A stretch of 64,000 nt of DNA, from positions 1-64,000 of the IMG/VR virus record IMGVR_UViG_3300046542_000227. The stretch is one strand, 5' to 3'. The notes beneath the pieces are model-generated. The model saw only the letters and a program-made list of their open reading frames with translations. It was not told the origin of the DNA and did no database searches. Shown one piece after another: positions 40,809-49,554 of the stretch (position 1 is the first letter of the stretch; every line of letters begins with the position of its first letter). The position numbers and the translations under genes are program-made.

Positions 40809-43313
40809 ATGAGTAAAAATCTGGAATGGCTGGAGCGCGTCTCGAAAGAATCTGCTGAGACGGCCAGCATCAAACCTGAAGGCGTGGATCTGAGCGCTGA
40901 CAGTGAAGCTGCCAACATTGTTGGTGGTGACGAAAAGCTGACCAACGAAGGCAAGAGCTCCGCCAACCACAGTGTTGATCTGAAAGACGCTACCGTGCCT
41001 GACGACAACGCTGACGCAGCTGATGCCGATAAGCAAATTGGCGTCAAGGTTTCTGCCGAAGACAATGGCCCGGACTTCAATATCGATCTGAAAACCGGCA
41101 AGCCGTCTGTTGAAGACGAGCAAACTGACGAAGAGAAAGAAGCTGCTGAAGCCGAAGCTGCCGCGGCAGCCGCTGCTGGTGATACCGGTGAAGCTGGCGC
41201 TGAAGGCGTACCGGGTGAGCCAGGTGAAGGTGGCGAAGCTACCGACCCAATCGTTGAAGTGCCGGTTGAAGGCGCTCCGGGCGAAGATGCTCCAGGTGAT
41301 GGCGGCGACGCCGTTGCTCCGACCGAACCAGTAGAAGGCGTTGAACCTGCTGCCGGTGAACCACCTGTTGATGGCGAGCCTCCAGTAGAAGGCACCGAGC
41401 CTGGTGCTGACGACCTCCCTGTTGTTGAAGGCACTGACGCTGTACCGGTTGAAGCCGGTGAGCCTGTGCTGCCAGAAGGTACTGATGGCGTTGCTGGCAC
41501 TGATGCTGTGGCTGAGCTCGAAGGTGGTGATGCTGCCGCTGTCGACCCAACTGCTGATTCGGGCAAGGTCATGATCGCTGTTGATCCGGTCACCGAGATC
41601 AAAGAAGGTCCTGAAGCTGCTGCTGAAGCAGCTGTGGCCGAAGGCGCTACCGAAACCCCACTGACCAACGAAGAACTGCCAGAAGGCACCGAAGCTGTTT
41701 CGCAAGAGGGCTTCTCGGGTGGTCTGGTCGGTTTCCTCGTCGGCGGTATGGGTTGGGCTCCATTCGTGGGTGCCGGCGTAAACGGTGCCGTTAAGGCCAA
41801 GCGTCTGAAGATGCAGCAGGACATCGAAGCGATCTCCAAGCGTATCGCCAAGATCCGTGCCGGTGATATCGAAGACGCCAAGAAGAATGGCATGACCATT
41901 CCGAAAAGCGCTCAAGGTGTGGACTGGATGGAAATCGCCAAGTCCGCGGTCCTGGGTCAGTTCCTCGGCCCGATCTACGGCGCTCGTCAGGGTAACCAGC
42001 TGCAGAACCTGAACAACGAACTCACTGCCAAGCTGAAAGAGTTGGAAAAGGAGATCGAAGCTGCTGGTATCTCCAACGAAGACTTCGAGCTGGCTGATGA
42101 AGCCGAACCTGAAGTTGCCATCGACGACATGGCTGACGACGACATCACCAGCGAGTTCGACGCTGTTGGCGAAGACGTTTCCAGCCTGGGTGAAATGGGC
42201 GCTGCTCTGGAAGAGTACAACTCTATCCTGCGTGCTGAAACCAATGCTGGTCGTCCGTTCAGCCCTGCGCTGGTGCGTGCTATCAAGATCGGTCTGGAAC
42301 ACTACAACGAACCTTTCCTGCTGGAAGGTGCTCCGTCGGTAGAAGACTTCTCCGATAACATCGGCAAGTTCACCGTCAGCAACGAGTTCGCTGAAGGTCT
42401 GGGCGCTAAAGCCAAGGCTGTGGGCGGCGCTATCATCGAGGCCATCAAGAAGCTGATCGCCAAGCTGGCTGACATCGCTGCTGATATGATGCACAACGTC
42501 GGCAAGCTGCAAGAAGCCAACGATGCGCTGGGCAAACAAGTCGCTGCACTGAAGTCTGACGTTAAAGGTCAGATCGATGTTTCCTCGGCTACCCGTTTGC
42601 TCGTGGGTGGTGAGTTCGCTGGTGACAACGCGCAGAACTACGCGCGTGTTCGTCAGTTCTGCGACAAGTTCATGGTTGACTATCCGAAGTTCAACCGTGG
42701 TCTGGCCATGGGCATCATGAAAGTCATCGAAGAGATGCACGCCCAAGGTATGCAGAAGCTTCCGCCTGAAGAGATCGCTAGCGTCTTCGAAAGTCAGTTC
42801 CACCCAGGTATGTTCGGCGTACTGGCGATCGGTAAAGACGATGTTAAAGAGATGGCTGGCTTTGACTCGCTGTTTGCCTCGCCGGTGCTGTTGGGCAACC
42901 GTCGTATGGTGGTGGGCAAGTCTGAGATGGCCAGCAAGAACGGCATCGCAGCACTGTCCAGCTGCTGGAAGGTTTCGCTGGTTGCAGGCGCTGTCGGTGC
43001 AAACCCAGCTCTGTCGGTAGCGCTGCCTGATCCACAGCAACTGCGCAACATCGTCAAAGAACTGGATGCGCTGGTTAAGGCTATCCCGAACTACGCCGGT
43101 GCGGCCAAGAAAATGGCCAGCGATCAGAACCTGTTGAAGGTCTACACCCATCCGTGGGTTTCCGGTGAACTGCAACACGCAGCCTCCGGTCTGGTAGCTT
43201 CGATGACTACACCTACTGGCCACCTGGTCGGTTACGTGGCTAACCTCGTTAAAGTCGGTCAAGCATTCGTAGCGAGCTGCGTAGCTCAACACAGCGCTGG
43301 CGCCAAGGCGTAA
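40809..43313 (+). CDS. Internal head protein (phiKZ gp162/gp93 family) with long acidic propeptide and an internal hydrophobic module
   Basis: Many S/A/G-x-E sites (SKE, SAE, SVE, SQE, SNE); helical C-domain; TATG at 40777 upstream. Confidence 0.65.
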   Translation: MSKNLEWLERVSKESAETASIKPEGVDLSADSEAANIVGGDEKLTNEGKSSANHSVDLKDATVPDDNADAADADKQIGVKVSAEDNGPDFNIDLKTGKPSVEDEQTDEEKEAAEAEAAAAAAAGDTGEAGAEGVPGEPGEGGEATDPIVEVPVEGAPGEDAPGDGGDAVAPTEPVEGVEPAAGEPPVDGEPPVEGTEPGADDLPVVEGTDAVPVEAGEPVLPEGTDGVAGTDAVAELEGGDAAAVDPTADSGKVMIAVDPVTEIKEGPEAAAEAAVAEGATETPLTNEELPEGTEAVSQEGFSGGLVGFLVGGMGWAPFVGAGVNGAVKAKRLKMQQDIEAISKRIAKIRAGDIEDAKKNGMTIPKSAQGVDWMEIAKSAVLGQFLGPIYGARQGNQLQNLNNELTAKLKELEKEIEAAGISNEDFELADEAEPEVAIDDMADDDITSEFDAVGEDVSSLGEMGAALEEYNSILRAETNAGRPFSPALVRAIKIGLEHYNEPFLLEGAPSVEDFSDNIGKFTVSNEFAEGLGAKAKAVGGAIIEAIKKLIAKLADIAADMMHNVGKLQEANDALGKQVAALKSDVKGQIDVSSATRLLVGGEFAGDNAQNYARVRQFCDKFMVDYPKFNRGLAMGIMKVIEEMHAQGMQKLPPEEIASVFESQFHPGMFGVLAIGKDDVKEMAGFDSLFASPVLLGNRRMVVGKSEMASKNGIAALSSCWKVSLVAGAVGANPALSVALPDPQQLRNIVKELDALVKAIPNYAGAAKKMASDQNLLKVYTHPWVSGELQHAASGLVASMTTPTGHLVGYVANLVKVGQAFVASCVAQHSAGAKA

Positions 43314-43319
43314 CTTGTT

Positions 43320-43352
43320 GAGGGTGGGCAACCACCCTCTTCTATTTCTTTT
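43320..43352 (+). terminator. Intrinsic terminator
   Basis: GAGGGTGG-GCAA-CCACCCTC-TTCTATTTCTTTT. Confidence 0.75.
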
Positions 43353-43361
43353 GAGGTTGAC

Positions 43362-44555
43362 ATGAGCGTAGCTGAATTTAATCAGGTTCGCCGTGACGTC
43401 GATCACATGCACAAACTCTCCTGTGCACTGGAAGCCTATCAGGAACTGCTCGGTGGCAAAGATATCGCCGCCGGTAGTGCTGAAGGACGTGCCATCAGTC
43501 TTGGGTTGGAATCTATCGACCCGAGTATTGACTTGAAGGAAGGTTCTTTCATCACGATGCGCGTAATCAAGGAAGGCATCATCAAGGTGGCTAAGGCTAC
43601 CCGTGAAGTCGTCCGGTTGCTGTTCGAGGTGTTGGGTAACCTGTACGTCAAGTTCACAGGCAGTTTGGGTCGGGTTCGTGGTCACCAGAAAAACGTTGCC
43701 AAGCGACTAGGTCGTCTGGGTAGCCGTGTGTCCTACAAACAAATGGAAATCTCTGGCATCAACCGGCTGTCGGTAAACGGTACCTTCGTAGGTGACGATC
43801 CGAACACGCTGGTCGGTATCCGTGCGGTTTCCGAATTCCTGCTCAATCAACACCCGGCGATGGTTGTGAAGGTTGCACGTCTGTGCAGTCGTCGCTTCTT
43901 GGATCTGGTCGACAACGGAAGCGGCTCCGATGCACAAGCTACGGCTCGTGCTGGGATGACTGTGTTCCTGCAGGTAATGCAGACGGCGATGAAACCTATC
44001 GTCGGTGAGCAGCCTGTTAAGAACGGCGAGCTACCACAGTCGTTTGAGGCAGGGCGTTACAACCGCAGTGCAGTGATGCCGGGTAACTGGGCATTGGTCT
44101 ACACTGCAGTGGCTGATCAACTACGTGAAGCCAGCAGCATCAACATCAACACGTACGGTAATGTGATCAAGCAAGCTTTCAAGATTGACTTCTTGGAGCT
44201 GACCATGAACACCGCTGACCGTGCGGCACGTACTGTCGACGTACCCTCGATTCAAACCTTGGGTCAGTTGGTAGACGGGATCTCTAAGGTCCTTGACGTT
44301 GCTGAGAAGGCCGAGACTGGTCGTCGTGACTTTGCTACAGTGAAGGTCGTGGTGGATGATGCTATCCGTCAAGTGATGGACCTGCCGACGAATGACGGTA
44401 AGTTGAACGGTACTGTGATCCAGATGTTGGGTGCACTGTCGGAAACGATGGCGGCTCCAATGGGTAACTTCACTCACTGGGTTGCGGTAACACTGAACAT
44501 CTACCTGAACTACATCGATCATTGCATCAAGCATTACGAAGTAGAAGGCGTCTGA
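43362..44555 (+). CDS. Internal head protein paralog (phiKZ gp163-like)
   Basis: ALEAYQELL...AISLGLE|SID and I.ISGINRLSVNG.F.G motifs parallel the neighbouring paralog. Confidence 0.65.
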   Translation: MSVAEFNQVRRDVDHMHKLSCALEAYQELLGGKDIAAGSAEGRAISLGLESIDPSIDLKEGSFITMRVIKEGIIKVAKATREVVRLLFEVLGNLYVKFTGSLGRVRGHQKNVAKRLGRLGSRVSYKQMEISGINRLSVNGTFVGDDPNTLVGIRAVSEFLLNQHPAMVVKVARLCSRRFLDLVDNGSGSDAQATARAGMTVFLQVMQTAMKPIVGEQPVKNGELPQSFEAGRYNRSAVMPGNWALVYTAVADQLREASSININTYGNVIKQAFKIDFLELTMNTADRAARTVDVPSIQTLGQLVDGISKVLDVAEKAETGRRDFATVKVVVDDAIRQVMDLPTNDGKLNGTVIQMLGALSETMAAPMGNFTHWVAVTLNIYLNYIDHCIKHYEVEGV

Positions 44556-44591
44556 CATACGGCCCTCCCCTAGCGGGAGGGCTTTATGCCG
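44554..44591 (+). terminator. Intrinsic terminator, TTTATGCCG family
   Basis: GACATACG-GCCCTCCC-CTAGC-GGGAGGGC-TTTATGCCG. Confidence 0.85.
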
Positions 44592-44683
44592 AGAAATACC
44601 GAAGTATGTAATCTAGTGCTGGGCATTCCAGCCTGTCTCGCATTGAGACGTCAACCAATATACCCACAAAGGGACTTACCACA

Positions 44684-45691
44684 ATGGTAAACGTATTGCT
44701 CGCACAAAAGCTACACCACCACTTGATCAGCTGCGCCATGAACCGTGAACTGACGTGGTTCAATCAAGTGCATGACGTGATCCATGGTACGGAGCACGAA
44801 GATACCTCAGAAGAAGAGGTACAGGAAACCAACGACATTATCAACGCCTTGGCTACTTGGCTGCGCAGCAAGAACATGCCACGCCTTACCGTGCTGATTA
44901 ACAGCGGTAAAGGGGCTGTGGGTGTAGGCAATGGTTTCTGGAAGAACTGTGGGTTGACTGTAAACCCTGCACACTACGAACCAGTGTACAAGATGCTGGT
45001 ACAAGAGTGCTACTCGTACTACGCGGGTTTCTGTGGCTTCGGTCCAGAGATACAGGACATCGTTGAGAAACGCATCCGCGATGCCCGCAACGATGAGTCG
45101 GTCAACAGCGCTGAGATCCTCATGGTGGTCTCGGAACAGATCGAGTACTATGGTCGAGCATCCACCAGTTATGACCAGATTCATTTGGATGCGGTCGGCG
45201 ATAAGCTGATTCCCAAAAACCCACACAAAGAGTTCTTCATTAACATGGCCAAGTGGTTTGAACGGGCCTGCCATGAGAATGACTGCGGTCGCCCAGTGTG
45301 GGACATGGAGTTCTTGCGTGGGGCTATTAAGAAGCTACGTCGTGAGTTCACCCTGACTATCCCTATGGGTGCAACGCATAACCTGTTTAATCTAACCCTC
45401 GGTCGTGAGCTGAAGGAGGGTGAAGCGTATATGGCCACGGTGGATCAGATCCAGATGCTTACCGTGTGTAAGATCGAGGCGTCGGGTCAGAGCCCTATCG
45501 AGCACATCAGTGTTCGCGACGGTCGTTTGCTGGACAGTCCTGAGGCTGGGCGGAACATATACGGTGCAGGGAAGGCTGGTACTATTGAAGTGACTGCTAC
45601 CGGTGACCGTGAACGTTGCTGGTTCAGTGCCCACTGTGGTGGTGAGATCTTTAGCCACGTCACTATCCATGTAACCTTCCGCATGAACTAA
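44684..45691 (+). CDS. Hypothetical protein, 335 aa, His/Cys-rich
   Basis: Single gene between two terminators; no recognisable motif. Confidence 0.6.
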   Translation: MVNVLLAQKLHHHLISCAMNRELTWFNQVHDVIHGTEHEDTSEEEVQETNDIINALATWLRSKNMPRLTVLINSGKGAVGVGNGFWKNCGLTVNPAHYEPVYKMLVQECYSYYAGFCGFGPEIQDIVEKRIRDARNDESVNSAEILMVVSEQIEYYGRASTSYDQIHLDAVGDKLIPKNPHKEFFINMAKWFERACHENDCGRPVWDMEFLRGAIKKLRREFTLTIPMGATHNLFNLTLGRELKEGEAYMATVDQIQMLTVCKIEASGQSPIEHISVRDGRLLDSPEAGRNIYGAGKAGTIEVTATGDRERCWFSAHCGGEIFSHVTIHVTFRMN

Positions 45692-45728
45692 ACATAGGCC
45701 TCTACCTACGGGTAGAGGCTTTATGCCG
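45692..45728 (+). terminator. Intrinsic terminator, TTTATGCCG family
   Basis: ACATAG-GCCTCTACC-TACG-GGTAGAGGC-TTTATGCCG. Confidence 0.85.
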
Positions 45729-45735
45729 TGTAAAA

Positions 45736-45766
45736 CTTGATTCGAATTAATCTGAGAACTATATTG
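45736..45766 (+). promoter_or_regulatory. Early-type promoter (copy 2)
   Basis: CTTGATTCGAATTAATCTGAGAACTATATTG. Confidence 0.75.
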
Positions 45767-45824
45767 CGTAAGTGAATTAGGAGCAATGAGTTCCTAATCA
45801 CATCCCCTTTTCAGGAGAAACAAA

Positions 45825-46193
45825 ATGTTGAACACTATCGCTCGATACATGCTGATCCGCGCTCTGTCGATCATCACCGCTCTGACCCTGCTGGCTGTCT
45901 GGGGTGCTGTGGCTAACAACATGGCTGAACGCAAAGACAAGAAAGCACGTGACGCGAAAGCGAACACTGCTGTTAACCAAGTCAAAACCATGCTGGAAGC
46001 ACTGGCCTCGGAAGTCGAAGCTATGCTGCCACGCTACAACGAATCGAACCTGGTCGAGCGTGCCAATCTGAAAGCTGACCTGCGTGAAGTTTACAACCTC
46101 AAAGGTCGTCAGATCGAAAACGGTAGCGTTCGTGATATCTATCTGACTTCGGTCGATCAGATCATCACCAAGGCTTTTACCGTAGAAGCTTGA
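45825..46193 (+). CDS. Early protein with N-terminal membrane anchor and coiled coil
   Basis: CAGGAG RBS; MLIRALSIITALTLLAVWGAVA TM. Confidence 0.7.
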   Translation: MLNTIARYMLIRALSIITALTLLAVWGAVANNMAERKDKKARDAKANTAVNQVKTMLEALASEVEAMLPRYNESNLVERANLKADLREVYNLKGRQIENGSVRDIYLTSVDQIITKAFTVEA

Positions 46194-46219
46194 TTGAAAA
46201 AGATTTGAAGTATATATAG
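46189..46219 (+). promoter_or_regulatory. Early-type promoter (copy 3)
   Basis: CTTGATTGAAAAAGATTTGAAGTATATATAG; same spacing and internal ATTTGA as copies 1 and 2. Confidence 0.6.
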
Positions 46220-46278
46220 CCTCAGTGAATTGGGAGTCGTAATGGCTCCCTAACCTTCTTATATTCGGAGTATTTAAA

Positions 46279-46656
46279 ATGAACGTACAAGCAATCGCAA
46301 CTAAAGCAGCAATCGGTGCAGTAATCGGCGGTGTAGGTTTCGGTCTGTACAAGCTGGGTTCCAGCCTGTGCCGTCAAGGTCGTGAAGTGATCCAACTGGG
46401 TCAAGCTTCGATCGATATGCACAAGCACATGGACGAAGTCATTGCCGGTAACAAAGATACTGGTGACGGTTGGGAAACCAATGCCCGTGCACAGCTGACT
46501 CTGCTGTGGGAACAAACCGCAACTCCTGCTGCTCGTAAATGCAAGTACTACGATGACGTCACCAAAAGCGTATTCATGCGCTTCGACAAACTCATCGCTG
46601 AAACCATCGCTACCAAACCAACGTCGATCGACGATACCCCGGAGCCAAAAGAATGA
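46279..46656 (+). CDS. Early protein with N-terminal glycine-zipper hydrophobic segment
   Basis: GGAG RBS; AAIGAVIGGVGFGLY. Confidence 0.7.
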   Translation: MNVQAIATKAAIGAVIGGVGFGLYKLGSSLCRQGREVIQLGQASIDMHKHMDEVIAGNKDTGDGWETNARAQLTLLWEQTATPAARKCKYYDDVTKSVFMRFDKLIAETIATKPTSIDDTPEPKE

Positions 46657-46799
46657 GCCTCAAAGACAAAGCCGTACAAGCCAAACGCGACATCGCTGAT
46701 ATCGCTAAGGTTACCTTCAAAGGTGTTGAAGACGGCGTCAAGGTTGGCGCTGCCTTCCTGCCAATGATCATCGCCATGGCTATCATCAGCCGCATCTAA
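46653..46799 (+). CDS. 48-aa membrane peptide (not in ORF track)
   Basis: ATGA overlap with the previous stop; MSLKDKAVQAKRDIADIAKVTFKGVEDGVKVGAAFLPMIIAMAIISRI. Confidence 0.65.
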   Translation: MSLKDKAVQAKRDIADIAKVTFKGVEDGVKVGAAFLPMIIAMAIISRI

Positions 46800-46815
46800 C
46801 TCAAGGACTACGAAC

Positions 46816-46932
46816 ATGAAAAAAGACACTAAAGACATGGCCAAATGCGTTGGTGGTCTGCTGGGCTTCGTAGTTGGTCTGTCCCTGGTAGCACTCGTGG
46901 TTAACAAGACCGCGAGTATTATCCTTGACTGA
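46816..46932 (+). CDS. 38-aa membrane peptide (not in ORF track)
   Basis: AAGGA RBS; MKKDTKDMAKCVGGLLGFVVGLSLVALVVNKTASIILD. Confidence 0.65.
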   Translation: MKKDTKDMAKCVGGLLGFVVGLSLVALVVNKTASIILD

Positions 46933-47011
46933 TTACCAGCCGGCCAGCTACAACCCAAACAACCGTCGTCAACTTACTACCCCTACCCCATCTATTCAAA
47001 AGGATAACACC

Positions 47012-47320
47012 ATGCAAACTCCAGCCAACAAACCTACCTCGATCAACGCTCAGATCAATGCTGCTGCTGAGTCCTGCGGTAAGATCGCTGAAGAAACTCT
47101 GGCGATCATCAACAAGCCTACCCTGCTCGAACGCACCAAGCGTGTTGGTCGTGGTTTCGGTAAAGCTGCTCTCTACACTGCCGGCGCTGCCGTCGTTGGC
47201 GGTGGCTGCTTTCTCGCTTACCGCGCACTCAAGGCCGGTGGTGCTGACGCAGTCGCCGAGGCAGTCGGTGATGTCGCCGCTGCAGCAGCCGATGCAGTCG
47301 CAGCCGCCTTCCGCGGTTGA
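47012..47320 (+). CDS. 102-aa Ala/Gly-rich membrane protein (start MQTPA at 47012)
   Basis: AAGGA RBS; ALYTAGAAVVGGGCFLAY TM preceded by a basic patch. Confidence 0.7.
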   Translation: MQTPANKPTSINAQINAAAESCGKIAEETLAIINKPTLLERTKRVGRGFGKAALYTAGAAVVGGGCFLAYRALKAGGADAVAEAVGDVAAAAADAVAAAFRG

Positions 47321-47381
47321 TGCTGTAACCCCGGGGGAGGACAGCCTCCCCCAACAACTATTATCTACAGGAAATACGAAC

Positions 47382-47495
47382 ATGCCTACCAAGAAATTTA
47401 CGGATGATCAAGAACGCGGTATCGATGCTAACCTGGCTTACGTGGAGTTCCTCCTCGCTAAGCGCAAGAAGAAAGAACTCGCAGGCAACCGCTAA
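47382..47495 (+). CDS. 37-aa basic peptide (not separately in ORF track)
   Basis: CAGGA RBS; MPTKKFTDDQERGIDANLAYVEFLLAKRKKKELAGNR. Confidence 0.55.
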   Translation: MPTKKFTDDQERGIDANLAYVEFLLAKRKKKELAGNR

Positions 47496-47508
47496 TGCTG
47501 CACTTAGA

Positions 47509-47556
47509 AACATAGTACCCGGCCGCAAGGTCGGGCCTATGTTTCTTTTTTCTTTT
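47509..47556 (+). terminator. Terminator ending the small-gene operon
   Basis: AACATAG..CCCGGCC-GCAA-GGTCGGG-CCTATGTTTCTTTTTTCTTTT. Confidence 0.8.
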
Positions 47557-47558
47557 GA

Positions 47559-47588
47559 CGGCATAAGGCCCACCCGAAGGTGAGCCCT
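47559..47588 (-). terminator. Terminator for 47593..48093, TTATGCCG tail
   Basis: Minus strand GGGCTCACC-TTCG-GGTGGGCC-TTATGCCG. Confidence 0.75.
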
Positions 47589-47592
47589 AGGT

Positions 47593-48093
47593 TTAGTCGT
47601 CTTTGCCTTTACCGCTTGGATTGATACCCATACGGCTGAAGAAGCTTTCACTGGTTTCCTGTACGTTACCAATGTGACCTTCACCGTCAACCAGTTCATG
47701 GTCGCCCAGTTTGGTTTCATCGATGTTCGGCAGGATCGCCCGTGGAGTATGGTCGGTAGGAGCCGAACCATCTGGTGCTCGCGAGAACGGGTTCTCGTTC
47801 TTCATCATCTTGATCAGTTCGACCATGTTGTTAGCCACGTCAGCGCTGGACTGACTGGTGCCTTCATCAATGGTGTTCTTACGGTCGTTGATGGCCGTAG
47901 TGTCGTGATCTTTCAGAGCAGACAACACCAGCTTGACCTCATCGAGATCGCTGGGTACGCCACCCTTGAGTTTCTCCCGGACGATGGTACGACGCACACG
48001 CTGTGAAAACGCCAGTGCTTGTTCGTACGTCATCTCATCCGGAACTTCGATCGGAGCAGCGACGGGATGCTCATTAGTATGCTGTTCAGACAT
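47593..48093 (-). CDS. Hypothetical protein
   Basis: AAGGAG RBS; 166 aa. Confidence 0.6.
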   Translation of the reverse strand: MSEQHTNEHPVAAPIEVPDEMTYEQALAFSQRVRRTIVREKLKGGVPSDLDEVKLVLSALKDHDTTAINDRKNTIDEGTSQSSADVANNMVELIKMMKNENPFSRAPDGSAPTDHTPRAILPNIDETKLGDHELVDGEGHIGNVQETSESFFSRMGINPSGKGKDD

Positions 48094-48203
48094 GGTCGTC
48101 TCCTTGCAAAAGTATACAGGCCTACGAGACTGTATATAACGGAATATTTTAAGTACCTATATCATCGTCATGCATACACGCATGATACTCCGGAGTTACC
48201 CTA

Positions 48204-48737
48204 ATGTTGTTAGGTTCAATGTTCAAACGCGTAGCGTTGTGGAGCCGTTCCAGAAAGACTCAGACGATGCAACAGCGCATTGTCGAGCTGCGGGATATGG
48301 AAGTTTCTAATCCAGAGCTGCCACTAGCGGTCGCTGCGTTCTGGCGTGATGCTAGTGCCTCGGTCTTTACTTCAGTCCCGATGGATCAGCTGATCTGCTT
48401 TCCGTTAGAAAGAAACCATGACAATCTAGAAGGCATAGCTAACCTTCTGGATAAATCACTCAGGTTAATCGTGGAGGACGATTATGAACACCTGACTAGC
48501 TACCTTTCGCGTAAGTTAGCAGACAAGCACAGTAACCCTGTGGCTGCCTACCTAACCGACAAAGAAGGGTTCCCCCTTGATACGGATGTAGTTTACCTCC
48601 GGATCAGTACCTTGCTCTACAGTCTGGCTGCTGTCCTGGACGGGATGGAGTCGTACGAGTATCATCGTGTCATAAACCCGGTCTTCAGGGAATTGATCAA
48701 CGTGATTGCACGGCTGTTGGAAATCAAGCAAAGGTAA
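48204..48737 (+). CDS. Hypothetical protein
   Basis: 177-aa helical ORF divergent from 47593..48093. Confidence 0.55.
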   Translation: MLLGSMFKRVALWSRSRKTQTMQQRIVELRDMEVSNPELPLAVAAFWRDASASVFTSVPMDQLICFPLERNHDNLEGIANLLDKSLRLIVEDDYEHLTSYLSRKLADKHSNPVAAYLTDKEGFPLDTDVVYLRISTLLYSLAAVLDGMESYEYHRVINPVFRELINVIARLLEIKQR

Positions 48738-48783
48738 ACCAAGGAAGGCGTCGCTTTCCCACATCAATCACCGTAGGTGTAGA

Positions 48784-49554
48784 ATGGACAATATCAAACA
48801 GTTGCTGACGAGCTCAGATAAGGGGCGCAGTCGGGCACAGGGCATCTTGTGCTACATGTTTCGCAACACCCTGCTCTGGAACAACGTGACGTATCATCGT
48901 TGGGTGCGAGCAACTAACTTCTACTTTGAGAAGCCACACAACAGGAAGAACCCTGACCGGGGCAATCTCAACAAAGCTTTGATTCAGGACGACTTGAGCT
49001 GGGCGTCGTTCAAGAAGGGTTTAGATCTACTGAACCCACACAAAGCGATGATGACAATCATACTGACTTGGAAGAGTGGGAAGTCGTCGACTTACACAGT
49101 CAACATCGACCTCGTGGAAGATGAAGACGATGTGATCCTTGTATCCCTTCCAGAAGCTGAAGACACTGACCTCATCACCAGCATGAGTGAACGGCACAAG
49201 AATAAGCCGAAGAACACTCTGGCTCGGTTGTACGGCCAGATCATCCGTAGTGAAGGTATTGACCTCACTCGATGGCACGCGCTGCTTGATGAGTACGCCA
49301 AGAACCCGCTGAATGGTTTTACCGGGACCAAGAAGGAAACGGCCACCACCATCAGCTCCATTCAACGCCAGTTGTTTGAACCACGGTTGTCATGGAATAA
49401 CTTCCGTAAAGGGTTAACGATTCTGGGGCCTATTCAGGAGGACTACATCCTTCGCTTGGAGTGGGTACCAGAAGTGAAACGGTTCGAGGATTACACCGAG
49501 ACCCATGTAACCATTCGTGACCCTTTTAGCACTGGACGCAACTATGTCAAATAA
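48784..49554 (+). CDS. Conserved hypothetical protein with an internally duplicated domain (start MDNIK at 48784)
   Basis: Two copies of W.....Y...P.N...L....LSW..F.KGL..L.P.....L.W. Confidence 0.65.
   Translation: MDNIKQLLTSSDKGRSRAQGILCYMFRNTLLWNNVTYHRWVRATNFYFEKPHNRKNPDRGNLNKALIQDDLSWASFKKGLDLLNPHKAMMTIILTWKSGKSSTYTVNIDLVEDEDDVILVSLPEAEDTDLITSMSERHKNKPKNTLARLYGQIIRSEGIDLTRWHALLDEYAKNPLNGFTGTKKETATTISSIQRQLFEPRLSWNNFRKGLTILGPIQEDYILRLEWVPEVKRFEDYTETHVTIRDPFSTGRNYVK

Noticed and set aside
40422-43685. 1087-aa antisense ORF (also 8035..10143, 4744..6129, 15455..17305, 21466..22782, 52834..54729, 55507..56952, 61778..63262)
   Set aside because: Each shadows a well-supported gene on the opposite strand. 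Strong codon bias removes antisense stops, and the translations have no motifs or convincing RBS.
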